A DNA stretch of 64,000 nucleotides from Felis catus (taxonomy: Eukaryota): NCBI RefSeq assembly GCF_018350175.1, contig NC_058373.1, positions 102,674,001 to 102,738,000 on the forward strand, given 5' to 3'. The notes below the pieces were generated by a model. It saw only the letters and a program-made list of their open reading frames with translations, was not told where the DNA came from and did no database searches. Every line of letters starts with the position of its first letter. The stretch's first letter is position 1. The position numbers and the translations under genes are program-made. Positions 1 through 13,371 of the stretch are shown here, in pieces.

Positions 1-359
1 TTGTATGCCGGGCTGTTGACTTGCTGTTTAAATGAGTTTTTGGTCTTTGAGAGAGATGGCAGTGCAGACCATTTAGGCTTTTTTTTCCCTCCTCTAATGT
101 TACAGACTTTTATGTTAAAAAGATAAAATAGACAAAATATACTTTTAGTGCTAAGACTAATTTTAGTAGAGACTCCAATAGAAAATAGAGTATTTCTAGG
201 AATTATTTAAGAAATGTTCCACTCCTTTTATAAAAGTTATGATTTAGTATTTTACATATCACTTTACTACAGTCTGATTAAGAACTTTTAACTTAAATCT
301 GGTTTCAGCGAAGTGATTTGTGTACAGAGTGGAACTTAATTTGTTTATACTCCCCTCCT

Positions 360-1340
360 TCAGGGACAGTGTTTTTTGGGTTTCTTTCCTCACTAATTGC
401 TTTGCTCTTTCTGCCTTATGATTCATCCTCTACTCTTGAAGTTGAAGTGCTCAGTCCTTGGTTCACTTTTCTTTTTATATTTCTCTGGTGATCTCATCCA
501 GTGTCATGGCTTTAAATACCTATATGCTGATGGCTTCCATATTTATATGTCCGGCCCAGGCTCTCCTTCTGCACTCCAGACAACCTATTCTGCATTTCTG
601 CTTGTAGGTGAAGTACTCAATTCAAACTGAACTTCATTTTTCTCTTTAAACCTGCCTCAGATACAGTCTAGTTCATCTCATTTGGTGGTAGCTCCATCCA
701 ACATTCATGCAAAAAAAAAGTTGGAGTCATTTCTGACTTATCTCTTTCACACTTGGCATTCTTGGTTCTATCTTATCTTGAAAATATATCTAGAGTCAAG
801 TCACTTCTTACCACCTGTATTGCTTTCAAGGCTGGTCCTGGCCATCTTATCTCTAGCCTAGATTTCTGTAGTTAGCCTCCTAACTGGCCTTCCTGCTTCT
901 TCCCTAGCTCCCGTTGGTCTTTTTCAACTCAGCAACTAGATTCTATCACTTCTCTCCTCAAAACCCTGCAATGACTTCTCATAGGCAAAGTAAAAGCCTT
1001 TACATTGGCTGTTGTCCCTCTTTGGATCACTTTTTCCCTAAAAAACCATCATGGCCAACCCTGTAGTCTTCAAATCTTTGTTCTTCAAATGTTTTTCAAA
1101 AGGTCTATCTTATTTTATTTGAAGCTGTACTCCCCTACTTATGATCCCTATATCTTGCTCTGTTTTCTCCGTGGCATTTGCCACCTTCCAACACTATATA
1201 ATTTCTTTGTTGATTGTGTTCATTGTCCCTCCTCTGTGTCCCCAACACACACTATAACCTCTGTGAAGGCATGGCTTTTTGTCTGTTTTGTTTATTGATG
1301 GATCTTAAGGGTTTCGGTCAGTTCAATAAAGATTTATTAA
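360..1340. mobile_element. Ancient LINE-2 fragment (approximate ends)
   Basis: L2-type motifs: gatctcatccagtgtcatggctttaaatacc, tagcctcctaactgg; 3' end resembling ttcaataaa...tattaaat. Confidence 0.7.
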
Positions 1341-2084
1341 ATATCTATTCATTATAAGTGAATTAAATCCTTATTCTGCAGTTTCTCACTGTGATGGATA
1401 CCTCATTCTTGGATACATATAGTTTTCAGTTTACTTCTTTCCTAGGAGCAGAGAGCAGCAGAAAAGTGGGAGGAGAACCCCTTGTTGGAGGGAGTGATGT
1501 TAGAGTGTGGTGGAGATCTTTTGGACCTTCTCTGTGTGATTAGGACCATCGGTTAGATAACTTGCATGTTTTAACTAAGAACATTTACTTTTTATTTGGA
1601 TCAATCTCTTGTCTTTGAGTAGGGGTTACTAATCTTTTTTTCTGTAAATCATACCCTAAAAGCATTGCCTATGATTTCTAGTATTGGTTTCTCTAAAATG
1701 GAATGAAAATGTAGGCACTGGGAAGCTTTCCAAGTTAAAAATCATTCTAGATTTTCCATTCATTCATCAAGGCCTTCCAAAGGATGTAACTTAGTTTTTA
1801 TAGAAATAACAGTTTTTGTTTTCATTCTCCTATTTAATGGATTTATAGAAATAAGTGAGTATATAGGAGAGTAAACTGCTAGCCAGAAACATTTAGCTTT
1901 CTGTGTAGACACCAGCCTATGTATTTTTATCAAGGGGAGAAATGTCATTTACTCCAGTGAGAGAGCTCCTTTAAGATAGTTTTCATGTTGAGTAAGTTTC
2001 ATAGGGGCCATAGTATCTTAGCTGCCTACCATTATAAGAGGAAAATGTCCTTTATCCATATTTCTTTATTTTGACTGTAACATT

Positions 2085-2297
2085 TATTTATTTTTTAATG
2101 TTTGTTTATTTTTGAGAGTGTGTGAATGCATGCGCTAGTGTGGGAGGGGCAGAGAGAGAGAGAGAGGGAAACAGAGGCTATGAAGCAGGCTTTGCACTGA
2201 CAGCAGAGAGCCCCATGCAGGGCTCGAACTCATGAACCCATGAGATCATGACCTGAGCTGAAATGGGATGTTTAGCAGCCTGAGCCACATAGGCACC
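2085..2297 (-). mobile_element. Carnivore SINEC (older copy)
   Basis: T-rich tail, (GA)n, gggctcgaactcatgaacc, gagatcatgacctgagc. Confidence 0.9.
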
Positions 2298-2952
2298 ATG
2301 ACTTACAAGAACTTACATGATTTTCAGTAATTGTCTATCACAAGACTTGATGTTATACTACATTCTCACTGGAAAATGTGGGACAATTATTATTTTTGCA
2401 CGAGTCATTTAATTTGCCAGGGAAACAGTGTGGTCTGGTGTAGTAAGCTGGAGGTCAGTATTTAGGAGACCTACAAGTCTTAGACTTTACTAACTCCAAG
2501 ATTTTATGTAAGTCCTCCCCCCCCCCCCCCCCCCAGTAGTTGAATTATATAATGTGTGGTGTAGTGGAAAAAGCATGTGTGCTAGGGAGACTTAAGAGCT
2601 TAGGTTCGGCTCTGCTAACTAGTACCACTTACTGTATGTGTGAACTTAACTGTCTTAAACTGCCTAAGGTTCATTTGCCTTGCGTGTGTTATCTTACTAG
2701 TTGCTACATAAGTGATGGCTAGTATTAGGGTGCTTATTTGCTGTTGGTCTCTGTAAACACTTATGTACGGTGCCATATATAATACTCTTAAACAGTTTTA
2801 TGGGATAGGTACTATTTGGTGGAAACTAGGGAAACGGGTTAAATAATTTGTTTAAAGAGCAAGTAAGAGGAGGAACTTGAATGTGAACTGAGGTATTCTG
2901 ATCCAGAGCCCATCCTGATTCATTGAACTGTTTTGAAAGAATGCTTTCTAAA

Positions 2953-2953
<1 letters not shown>

Positions 2954-2996
<43 letters not shown>
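2954..2996. repeat. (AAT)~14 microsatellite
   Basis: Perfect TAA/AAT run directly before a SINE head. Confidence 0.97.
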
Positions 2997-2997
<1 letters not shown>

Positions 2998-3107
2998 GGG
3001 TGCCTGGCTGGCTCAGTTGGTGGAGTGTGTCCCTCTTGATCTGGGGGTTGTGAGTTCAAGCCCCATGTGGGGCGTAGAGGTTACTATACATGAATGAATA
3101 ATAAATA
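2997..3107 (+). mobile_element. Short tRNA-derived carnivore SINE
   Basis: ggggtgcctggctggctcagttgg (A box), gttcaagcc (B box), no CT tract, A-rich tail. Confidence 0.8.
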
Positions 3108-4584
3108 GGCACTGTCTATGTGCAATTATCTGTTAGGTATTAGAAAGCTACATTAATGTTATACAGGTTTTTTTTTTCTCCCAGAGTTAGAGGATTGATT
3201 CTTAATGTTAGTGACTTAAATTTGAGGACTTGAAATTTTTCAAGTGGAGAAAATAGTAAAAGCAACTTAAAACCAAATATTATATAAAATGTTTTATGTA
3301 GAAACAGTAGGTAGACTATGCTCTTTCTAGATTCCAAGAAATTTTCTCAGGCTCATTTCTGTGAATGTGTGTTATGAGTTACTGCTGTAACTGCCCACTC
3401 TGAAGTGGGAACTTTGTCTTCTTTACCAGGGAACTATATTTCTTGTAGTAGGTGGTGCTCAATTTGATGAATGAATGAATTGCTTGTTTGAAAATGATTG
3501 GGACTCATTGAGCCTTCTGCTTCTCATTTGTGCCATCAGTCTTCTGTTAGCATGGCTAGTTGATTTACATGGAATGCCATGTAAAGTGAGACCAAAAATA
3601 AGGGTTTCAGGTTTATTCTTGGGAGCAGAATGGAAAATGATTTAATACACGAATTCCAGCAAAAATATTTTTGTGCATAGTACCAGTTAACCTTGTTGAT
3701 CAGTAATGTAAGTCTTCTGAGTAAAATGTGTGCATACATAATTTAGTGATTGCATGTGTTTAGATCTAGTTATCTTTGAAATAAATTTGAACAGGCTAAG
3801 CTGTACATTGAAAGCTCCCCAGTGTTCTGAATGCTATGTCGCTGAACATTTAAGATGTTTTCTTAAATTTTTAATATCCACGCACAGGTTGAATTCCTTT
3901 ATGTTGCTTCTGACCTGTATTCAGTTTATTGGAAGTCATGTTAATTTGAAATGTGTTGTGTAATTCTTTCACATTTTCATAACCTGGATGTCTGAGGGTG
4001 GCTGAAGGTTATGAATTCTGTGAAGTGAATTTCTCAAGCTTGTCATATTGGTACTGTTCATATCTGGGTACAGTTTCAGGTTCTCTGGTGTATAATAATC
4101 CTTGTGGTTGATACCCTGTTGCTAATGAATGGGAGTAATTTCTTAAATCCCTTCCAGTTTGACCTAGATGTTAACTATAATTTTAAGTTTAAATTGGATC
4201 CTTTATAAAAGCGACTTAGTCATTTTGCTCTTTTGGTTGTTGGGGGTGGGAGAGTGTCCAGAAAATTGCATTTAGTTTTAACTTGAATAACGTCTTTCTG
4301 AGCTTGAAATTTTTGGAGCAGTTTTCAAGTAAAATACACATTTAAGATTAGCCTCGGAATTCTATGTAAAATATAACCCATGCATTTACCTTGTCTGATA
4401 GGGGTAGGGGAGACAAGAAATACTTTATAAATATAAAATAACTGAAATGAACCAGGCTGAATTCTTTCCTGCTTGTCTAGCATTGTTTATATGGTATAAG
4501 TAGGTGAGTAATTATATTCCATATTCTTTCAGTTTTATTTAAGCAAAACATCCCAGCAGCATTTAAAATAACATACCAATTAAA

Positions 4585-4810
4585 AAAATTTTTATTTGAT
4601 TTTAGAGAGAGTGAGCATAGGGCAGGGTCAGTGGGAGAGAGAGGATTTTTTTTTTTTAAGTTTATTTATTTTGAGAGAGCGTAAGCAGGGGAGGGGCAGA
4701 GAGAGAGAGAGTGGGACAGAGCATCTGAAGCAAGCTCTGTGCTGACAGCAGTGAGCCTGCTGTGGGGCTTGAACTGACAAACTGTGAGATCATGACCAGA
4801 GCTGAAGCTA
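4585..4810 (-). mobile_element. Two abutting or nested SINEC fragments
   Basis: A SINE 3' piece (4585-4645) is followed by a second T tail and SINE body. Confidence 0.8.
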
Positions 4811-5214
4811 GAAAGAGAGAGATTGAGAGGTTGAGAGATTTTAATTTATATTTATCTCTTTCTACTCGTCATTTTTTTTTTATTTTGAAAGTTAAAACAA
4901 GTATTGAATGATTCAGGTGTACAAAAGCATATAGAATATGTTGTACAATTTAAAGATGAAATATAAAAGAAATACCTTTGTACCAAATATCTGTGTACCT
5001 TTCACTCAACTTTAAATTTTTTTTTTGTTAAAAATTAAGTACATAAAAACAAAATAAAAAATATGAAAGATAAAGAGTAAGGATGCAGTGAACAGCCTTG
5101 TATCTAATACCAGTTCAAGAACATTATCCTAACTTTTTCTTTCTTTTTGTGCTACTCTTCCCTGCCCCCAGAAGTAACCATTATGTTATATTTGCCTTTT
5201 TTGTTTTTTGTGGG

Positions 5215-5415
5215 GTTTTTTAAGTATTTATTTTTAAGAGAGACAGAGTGTGAGTGGGGAGGAACAGAGAGAGAGAGGGAGACACAGAATCTGAAGCAGA
5301 CTCCAGGCTCTGAGCTGTCAGTGCAAATCCTGACATGGGGTTCGAACCCATGAACCATGAGATGTGACCTGAGCCGAAGTTGGACACTTAACCGACTGAG
5401 CCACCCAGGTGCCCC
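5215..5415 (-). mobile_element. SINEC
   Basis: Full body ending gagccacccaggtgcccc. Confidence 0.92.
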
Positions 5416-5771
5416 AACTTTTTTTGCTTTTATTTTTGTTTTTTGATGACTTTTTTTATGTGATTTTACCACATCTGTTTCTATTCCTAAAATATTTCTT
5501 TTTCTGTTTTGTTTTTGAACTCTACATAAAAGAGATCCTTCTGTATGAGTTCGCTTGCAACTTTCTTTTTACCCTCAGCTTTATGGTCCTGATATTCTTC
5601 CACCATTTTGCATATAGCTCTAATTCATTCACTTTCACTGCTGCATGGAATTTCATTATATGAATATTTTTCACTTTATTACCTATTGACAGGCATTTGG
5701 GTTGTTTCCACTTTTCTTTTGCTGTTATTAAAAATTCTGCTGTGAACACCTTGCATAGGTGTATTGGTACG

Positions 5772-6025
5772 CTTGCATACATAAATACCTCCAGGATAGT
5801 GTTTTTAAAAATGTTTTTGTTACTAACAGTAGGAAATACATTTTACATTATGGGACTCAGTACATTATCAGATGTGCCACATATAGAACAAGAAAGTTTG
5901 TTGAAAAAAACCCACACCTATGTGATGGTAGGACATTTCATTAAAAATAAGATAATTAAGACCCACTAAGTTAATTTTTCTGCTCACTAATGAGTTGAGA
6001 TTTGCCCTTTGAGCAAATTGTTTTG
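5772..6025. mobile_element. hAT-Charlie MER119-like DNA transposon fossil interrupting an old minus-strand L1 (~5480-6620)
   Basis: acagtaggaaatacattttacattatgggactcagtac and gacccactaag motifs; L1 text (ttgggttgtttccac / ggagtggaattgctgag) resumes on both sides. Confidence 0.6.
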
Positions 6026-7819
6026 GACTTTCTGTTTAGTTAGGAGTGGAATTGCTGAGTTGTAGGGGGGGTGCATTTTCAGCTTTATTAGGCAGTGCCA
6101 AATTGTTTTCCAGGGCAGTTGTGCCAGTTTATTCCCCTCACTAATGTGTACATGTGATGGCTCCACATTCTTGCCTATACTTGATAATTGGCAAATATTA
6201 GAGTAAGCCTCATGATACCTTGTAGGTTTTGCATTTCTGCTTACTGAGAAGAAACATCTTTTCAAATGTTTGCTGGCCATTTTTGTTTCCTTTTCTTTGG
6301 AATGACTGTTGATTTTTCTGTTGGGTTGCTTTTCTTTTTGATAGGAGTTCTTAATAGGTTCTGAATATTAATTCTTTGCTGATTAGTATCACAAATGTCT
6401 TCTCCCACTTTGTGACTTGTCTTCTTTGTTATATAGTGTCTTTGTTAATAGATAAAAATTTTAATTTTGTTGAATTTATCAGTATTTTCCTTTTATGATT
6501 TATACTTTGTGTCTTGTTTAGGAAATCCTTCCCTACCACAAGGTTATAAAGACATTCTTACATGTCCTCTTATAAAGTTTTATGTTGCCTTTCAAAATTC
6601 TTTGCCTGGAATTAATTTGTGTTTCTTCTCTTTTATGCTACTGTTTTCTGTAAATTTTTACTGCTTAGCATTTCAATTTGGGTTTTTTAAGGGCTAGAAT
6701 GTGTGAATTTAGTAGATGCTTTGAAATAAGTCTTTGAATTACTAGTTTTATGCATTGTTCACACCTTGCTTTTAGAGTCATGAGAGTATTAAAATATGGA
6801 TAGAGTTTAAAGTACGGATAAATTTGAAGTCTCCACTCTCTCCGGGTGACATTATAAGAGATTTGCAAACATTTCCATGATGCCAGGGTTTGCATCTGGG
6901 TTTCTTAAGTTGTTACGGATACTTGTTGTGAAGCAGTCTGGTTAATTATTTCCTTAAATAGCAGCTCATTGTGTTTTGTATTTCACAATTTCACCACAGT
7001 GTATTGTATATGAGGACAAACATCTATATATCCAACTAATACTAAGAATATGTATACATATAATCTGAGGAATCTGATCTTCAATTTTGGAAAATTCTCA
7101 GCTCTTCAAATATGGCTTCTGTTATTTTCACATCTTTTTTGAAAAACCTAAGTTGGGGTCTTTGTACCTCAATTGGTCTTTCAGGTTTTTTTTCTCTTTA
7201 TTTTTCTGTGCCTTATACTAGGTGAATTCAGTACTCTGTAGCAGTTTACCAATTCTACTCTGTTCAGTCTGGACTTCATTTTGTCTATTGAGTCTATTTG
7301 CCAGTATGTATAGTTTTCATCTCTTGGATTTGGAGTTGCTTTTTCATATGCACCCATCTATTTCAGTTCTATTTTTGTTTTATAACCTTTTTGCTACTTA
7401 AAAAAAAAGGAGTCTTTTTATCTCTGACGTCTTTAACATGTTGAAATTTAAAAATCTTTATGAAGACTGTTTTATAAAACTAATACCATTTGGTGTTAAT
7501 TAATATTTTTTATTGATTTCTCCCCCTCCCTCATCATTAATTTTCTTCCTATGGTTTGGGGTTTTGGTTTGTCTGGCTTATTTTGAGTAGAGATGTAAAA
7601 CAATTTTTTTTTTTCCATCTGTGCTAAATCCCCTGTTACCTCTCCTTCTACATAATTTATTTTCAACTGTTTCTACCTGGCTCACTGTGCCTCTAGTCAC
7701 AAAGTAGGTCTATTCTGGAACAGTTAAAAAAAAAAAAACACATACACACACGCACACACACAAAAAGCAAAGTGGATAGAAGTGTTTATAATATGCAGTC
7801 CTGTACTGATAAAGGAGAT

Positions 7820-7822
<3 letters not shown>

Positions 7823-7868
<46 letters not shown>
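7823..7868. repeat. (TG)23 microsatellite
   Basis: Perfect dinucleotide run. Confidence 0.97.
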
Positions 7869-7873
<5 letters not shown>

Positions 7874-7887
7874 AAAAGTAGAAGAGA

Positions 7888-8046
7888 GGGGAGCCTGGAT
7901 GGCTCATTTGGTTAAGCATCCACTTCTCCACTTCGTGATTTCAGCTCAGGTCATGATATCCCAATTCACGGGATCAAGCCCTGTGTTGGGCTCTGTGCTT
8001 GGGATTCTCTCTCTCTGCCCCTGCCCGGCGCTTACTCACTTGCTTG

Positions 8047-8079
<33 letters not shown>

Positions 8080-8098
8080 TGAATAAATAACATTAAGA
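7888..8098 (+). mobile_element. SINEC
   Basis: tggctcatttggttaag...(CT)n...aataaataa. Confidence 0.9.
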
Positions 8099-8859
8099 AA
8101 TAGAAGAAAATGAGATCTAAAAAATGATGGTTACTTATGAGGGAGAGACCTACAGTGTAGAAAAGCACAAGGGTATAATTTGTGCTTTGAATTAATTTTT
8201 CTTAAGACTTGACTTTGGAGCCATTTAAATATTTTACATAATTGTTAAATGAAAATTTAAAAACCCTTAAAAATAAAAAGTAAAATGAAACCACTGAATC
8301 TTGTATTCACTTGGTGAACACCAGAGCGAACTATGCCATGTGACTTTAAAACATGGTAACTTGGCTGTATATCCCAATTGAAATATACCCTGGGAAGAGA
8401 GTGGAGGAACGATGGCAAAAAAGGCAAATCTCAAACTACTATAATCATAATTTTGGTGGTAATGTATATATACGTTGTTATTCCTGTACTATGTAATGTG
8501 TGCATTGTGGGCTAAATGAAATGAGTGATTATGCTGGTGTTGTTGAAAACAGATTTTTAGCATTGTTGAAAACAGATGTAGTGTTAAGTTCAGTGAAATG
8601 ACATAAAAACTCCATAGTACTAATTTTAGTGAAACGTTCTATATGCCCTCATGCAATAATTTAGCTTAAAATATATACATTTTCTGGTCCTTTTTGACTA
8701 AGAAGACCTAGAAATAATGACTGCCTTAGTAGCAAAAAGCACTCCTGGTGCCTATATTGTGGTCTTTAAATACCTTTCACAATAAAAGTAAATTAGTGCT
8801 CAAAATGGGCATTTTCTCAGTCTAAGCAGGAAATGTATGAGACAAACTTAAAATTTAAT

Positions 8860-9417
8860 GATTAGTTTCTGTTACAGTATGATACAGGGTTAGATACTTA
8901 AAACAACACACATTTATTAGACCATGGATTCTGTGGGTCAGGAGTTTAACTGGGTCTACAGTGTTTCACAAAGTTGCTGTTAGGGTGTTGACCAGGGCTG
9001 GGGTCTCATGTGAGGCTTAGCTGGGGAAAAATATGCTTCCAAGTTCATGTAATTGTTGGTAGCATTCAGTACTTTCCAGGCTGCCTAAGCGAAAGCCTCA
9101 GTTTCTTGCTGGTTATTGTCCAGGAGGCTGTTTTTAGCTCCTTGCTCCATGGCTTTCTCCATAGGCAGCTTACCAACACGGCAGCTTGCTTCTTCAAAGC
9201 CATTAAGGGAGACGAAGCATGTCCTCAGTAACATGGGTTACAGTCTTAAGTATCATAATCATGTATAAGTAATCAATTACATTCTGTCACCTTTGCCATA
9301 CTTTATTGATATGAAGCAAGTCACAGATCTCACTCACCCTTACCAAGAGATTGCACAAGGGTGAGAACACCCAAGTGGCAGAGACCATGAGGACCACTTT
9401 AGAGTCTGTTTGCCACA
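8860..9417. mobile_element. MaLR (MLT1-like) solo LTR inside an old L1MC-like region (~8230-10080)
   Basis: ttaaaacaacacacatttatt, tctgtgggtcagga, gcttccaagttcat, gtctgtttgccaca are MLT1-type motifs. Confidence 0.75.
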
Positions 9418-10132
9418 GACTAGAACATACCTGAAGCAATAGAGGCAAAAAGTATGAGGGTAGTGTTGAAACAACTTAGGAGCCGTCCTGAATAGGATCC
9501 CATTGGCCAAAAGGGAATTTGAACATCAATAAAGGTAATAACTAATGAATTGAAACCAATCAAATGTGTTTAACCTGTGAATCCATACTACAACATTTTT
9601 TTTTAAAAAAAACCTTAATTAATTGCTGTTGGACCAGATTATTATTTTGACAATTGGTAAATAGAAGCATTTATCCTACTCATATGAATTGTTTCTCAGG
9701 TCAGGGAAGAAATTTGTATAGATGTATTCTACCTAATCAAGAAAGAATGATAGAATACCACCAATTTGCATCTCCCTAATGAATAATGTCTAGGCAAGGA
9801 TAACCAGTAGCTGCTAATATCACTACAAAAGGGGAGACATCTGGACATTAGATACATACTTTTGGAAATATGCCACGTTGTCTGTGCTGTAGTCTTACAC
9901 TCAAGTCATAATCCTGAATCCGATGTAGCCTCTAAATTTACCAATTTATTGGAAATAAAAAGGACTAAAGACTTGTTAAATACTATGAAGATGCTAACAA
10001 CCTATTTATACTAGGCATCTCTACACCAGCTACATGGTTTTTCCAACCCCAAATTCTAAGAATTATAAGAAACTGAATAATAAAAAGAGAAACAAGGATG
10101 ATGAAAGGAGACAAGAAATATATCAATCACAG

Positions 10133-10290
10133 TTTGAGCCCCATGTTGGGATCTGGGTTGACAGCTCAGAGCCTGGAGCCTAGTTCTGATTCTGTTTCCC
10201 TCTCTTTGCCCCTCCCCGACTTGTGCATGCGTGTGTGTGCGCGCGCGCGTGCGCACACGCTCTCAAAAACAAATGAACATTAAAAAAAAA
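10133..10290 (+). mobile_element. 5'-truncated SINEC with TSD
   Basis: Starts at the B box; TSD aaata(t/c)atcaatcacag at 10116-10132 and 10288-10304. Confidence 0.9.
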
Positions 10291-10419
10291 TACATCAATC
10301 ACAGAATAACTGAAAAGATATTTACAGTTATGGGGAGATGTGAATGTTTTATCTGTCATTTTAAGTGTTTGGAATAAAACCATCCTTATGGGAGTCTTCA
10401 TCTTCATTTTTACCTATTC

Positions 10420-10642
10420 CTATTTTTTAAATTTATTTGAGAGAGAGAGACAGAGAATGTGCGTGTGTGCACACAGGAGAGGGGCAGAGAGAGAGGGAGA
10501 GAAAGAATCTCAAGTACACTCCACTGTGTCATCACAGAGCCCTAGGAAGGGCTTGGACCCCTGAACTATGAGATCATGACCTGAGCCTAAACCAGGAGTC
10601 AGGCTCTTAACTGCCTAACCAACTGAGCCATCCAGGTGCCCC
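10420..10642 (-). mobile_element. SINEC
   Basis: T tail, (GA)n, gagatcatgacctgagc, caggtgcccc. Confidence 0.9.
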
Positions 10643-11388
10643 TCATAATTTGTTTTTTGAAGCTCAGCTCACAGTATCCTGACTGCTCTAGTTCTGTGAT
10701 CTGTTCCCTTCCTTTGCTCAACTCTTGCCTTCTTTTAATCTTGTTGGGTTATTATTCAACTCTTTAGAATAAATTTGATTTTAGTATCACACTAATTTGT
10801 TATGATTACAATTAAAATCTTTAAGCCTTGAAGTGTGATTCTTAATCCTACTAGTTGATCTCACTCATCCTGTGTTTCTTTAGTCTATTTTGGTGTATAG
10901 GTATCCCTTGCTAGTCTAGCTGAGGCTGAATAATTTTTTCTTTTTGAGATAGAACTGGTGTCCCTTGCCCTCTAAACTCTTATTGAACTCAGAATCAAAT
11001 GTATTTATCCTTGCTTTAATATCTTGAATTCATTCTTGAAAACCCTGCTGCTAAGCGAAAAGCTATTATATGAAAACATATTCCATTAATTTTAATGGTA
11101 AGTTATGTTGTGTTCCATCTCAACTGACCAATTTCACATGTAAGAAAATATTAATCTAGCAATGAAGATGAGTTAATGTAAATAGAAACAATTTGAAAAC
11201 AAATACACTTTGAATGTAAAATGTAATAGGTAAAATGAAGGCATATCATACCAAAGGAGGGAAGAGAAAACTTGGTGGTGGTTGGTGGGGTGTTACTCTT
11301 TGGAAAGTTTATTCTTTTTGTACTGTTTTCTGCACTAATTTCAGCATTTTTGGAGCTCAGGGTTATCTTGCATTTTATCTGCACTTGA

Positions 11389-11586
11389 GTGGCGCTTGGA
11401 TGGCTCAGTTGGTTAAGTGTCTGACTTTGGCTCAGGTCATGATCTCACAGTTCGTGAGTTCAAGCCCCGCGTGGGTCTCTGTGCTGACAGCTCAGAGCCA
11501 GGAGCCTGCTTGGATTCTGTACTCCCTCTCTCTCTGCCCCTCCCCTGCTCGCACTCTCTCAAAAAATGAATAAACATTTAAAAACA
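11389..11586 (+). mobile_element. SINEC with TSD
   Basis: TSD attttat(c/t)tgcacttga on both sides. Confidence 0.92.
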
Positions 11587-11999
11587 ATTTTATTTGCACT
11601 TGAAAGTCAAATTATGGCTCAGATAAGCACCTTCAGAGGAATAAAGGCCAAACACAAGTCCTTTAAACAGTGCGGAAGTAGAAGCCAGGCAGAAACGATG
11701 GAAGAGTTGTAGAAGATGCTAGCTCTGCGATCCTCTTGACTGGCATATGTGTACAAAGCAAAATGTGCTGGGTTCATCCAGTTGTGTGTAGTACATCGAT
11801 ATGTATGATATAGTTGGAAACCATTATGTTAAATAAATTGTTGAGCACGTCTTTAGCTGAAATCATAATGTTGAAATTTTACTGTAGAATATTTAGTGTG
11901 CATTTAGGTGAACAGTCCCTAATACAAAAAAAAAAAAAGCCATTGTTAGAAAAGTAGTACTTTTCAAGAGCCATTTTCATGAAAACCAGTTAATTGAAT

Positions 12000-12222
12000 T
12001 ATTTATTTATTTTAATAGAATTTATTTTGAGAGAGAATGCATAAGCAGGGGAGGGACAGAGAGAGGGAGAGAGAGAGAATCCAAAGCAGTCTCGGTGTTG
12101 TCATCGAGGAGCCCAGTGCAGGGCTTGATCTCATGAACCTGAGATGACCTGAGATGACCTGTCATGACCTGAGATGAAATCAAGAGTCGGACACGTAACC
12201 TACTAAGTTACCCAGGTACCCC
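12000..12222 (-). mobile_element. SINEC with internal 10-bp tandem (ACCTGAGATG)
   Basis: SINE body; acctgagatg repeated about 4 times at 12137-12177. Confidence 0.88.
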
Positions 12223-13111
12223 TGAACAATTTATTATCTGAGGTAAATCTGTAGACTGAAATAACATGGTATCCCTCCTTATCTAAGCTAGCTACTGCTA
12301 CTGGAATTTCTGCTCTTCCAGCTGGGGAACTGAAGGAGTTTGGTGGCAAAGGATAAAATAAAAATCTTACTTTATGAAACATTATTTAGTTGGTTTATCC
12401 TTTGTTTTCATTCCTCGTTTGAGATATTCTTATGTTCAACACATCATCATAAACTGACTTATTCAAGAAATTTATTAAAATGTAAGTAAGTTCAGGCAGA
12501 GAACAGAGAGTCCTTTGATAGGTGATTAAGGCACTTTCTAAAACATTAATTGGCATCTTTGGGATATGATCATTTAACCTTTTAACTATTCCTTGATTGG
12601 TACTACCATTCAGTCATATTCATTATTTACCTATCTTGTCTTCAAAGGTAGCTTGTCTACTTTATCAACTGTTCTGCCAGAATCAGTCATTCTATAATGT
12701 GTATTGGGTTTTCCTGATTTAGTAAGCCTTTTGTATTTAAAACAAAAAGAGAGAGAGAGAAAGGGATATTGGAATGACTTGTTTATACTGAATGACTTTT
12801 GATGCACCTAAATTTTTTAGTTAGTGACTTTGGATTTATCCATAATGAATTCACCAATTTTAGTTTGACTACTTCCTGCTCTTTTCAGTACATGGCAGCT
12901 TTCACCTTTTTTTTTTTTTTTTTTTTTTAATTCTTCAGGCATCTTCTAATAAAACAAGTCTTTTATAGATCTTGAAATGTAGAATTGTGGCAGCTGTGTA
13001 CTGTCTTTTGAAGGCAGTATCTATCTTCACATGGCTCTTAAGGTTGTCTTGTAAACATGGTTTCTAAGCCCAGTCTGCAGAACAGAATAGCTTTAGGATA
13101 GGAGCCTCTTC

Positions 13112-13346
13112 TTTTTTTTTTTTTTTTTTAATTTTTTTTTTTTCAACGTTTATTTATTTTGGGGACAGAGAGAGACAGAGCATGAACGGGGGAGGGGCAG
13201 AGAGAGAGGGAGACACAGAAACGGAAACAGGCTCCAGGCTCTGAGCCATCAGCCCAGAGCCTGACGCGGGGCTCGAACTCACGGACTGCGAGATCATGAC
13301 CTGGCTGAAGTCAGACGCTTAACCGACTGCGCCACCCAGGCGCCCC
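13112..13346 (-). mobile_element. Young SINEC_Fc
   Basis: Near-consensus and CpG-rich, long T tail; TSD GGATAGGA(G/T)CCTCTTC at 13096-13111 and 13347-13362. Confidence 0.96.
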
Positions 13347-13371
13347 GGATAGGATCCTCTTCTTATGGCTA

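Noticed and set aside
1..400. KTN1 promoter or exon 1
   Set aside because: No CpG island or GC-rich first exon; it presumably lies upstream of the window.
2997..3107. Possible tRNA-Lys gene (also 33846-33946)
   Set aside because: Degenerate stems, A-rich tail and a TSD at the second copy indicate tRNA-derived SINEs.
11600..11940. Non-repeat-looking segment ending in A13, a possible retrocopy
   Set aside because: Nearest AATAAA is ~95 nt from the A run, no TSD and no recognisable ORF; BLASTN would be needed.
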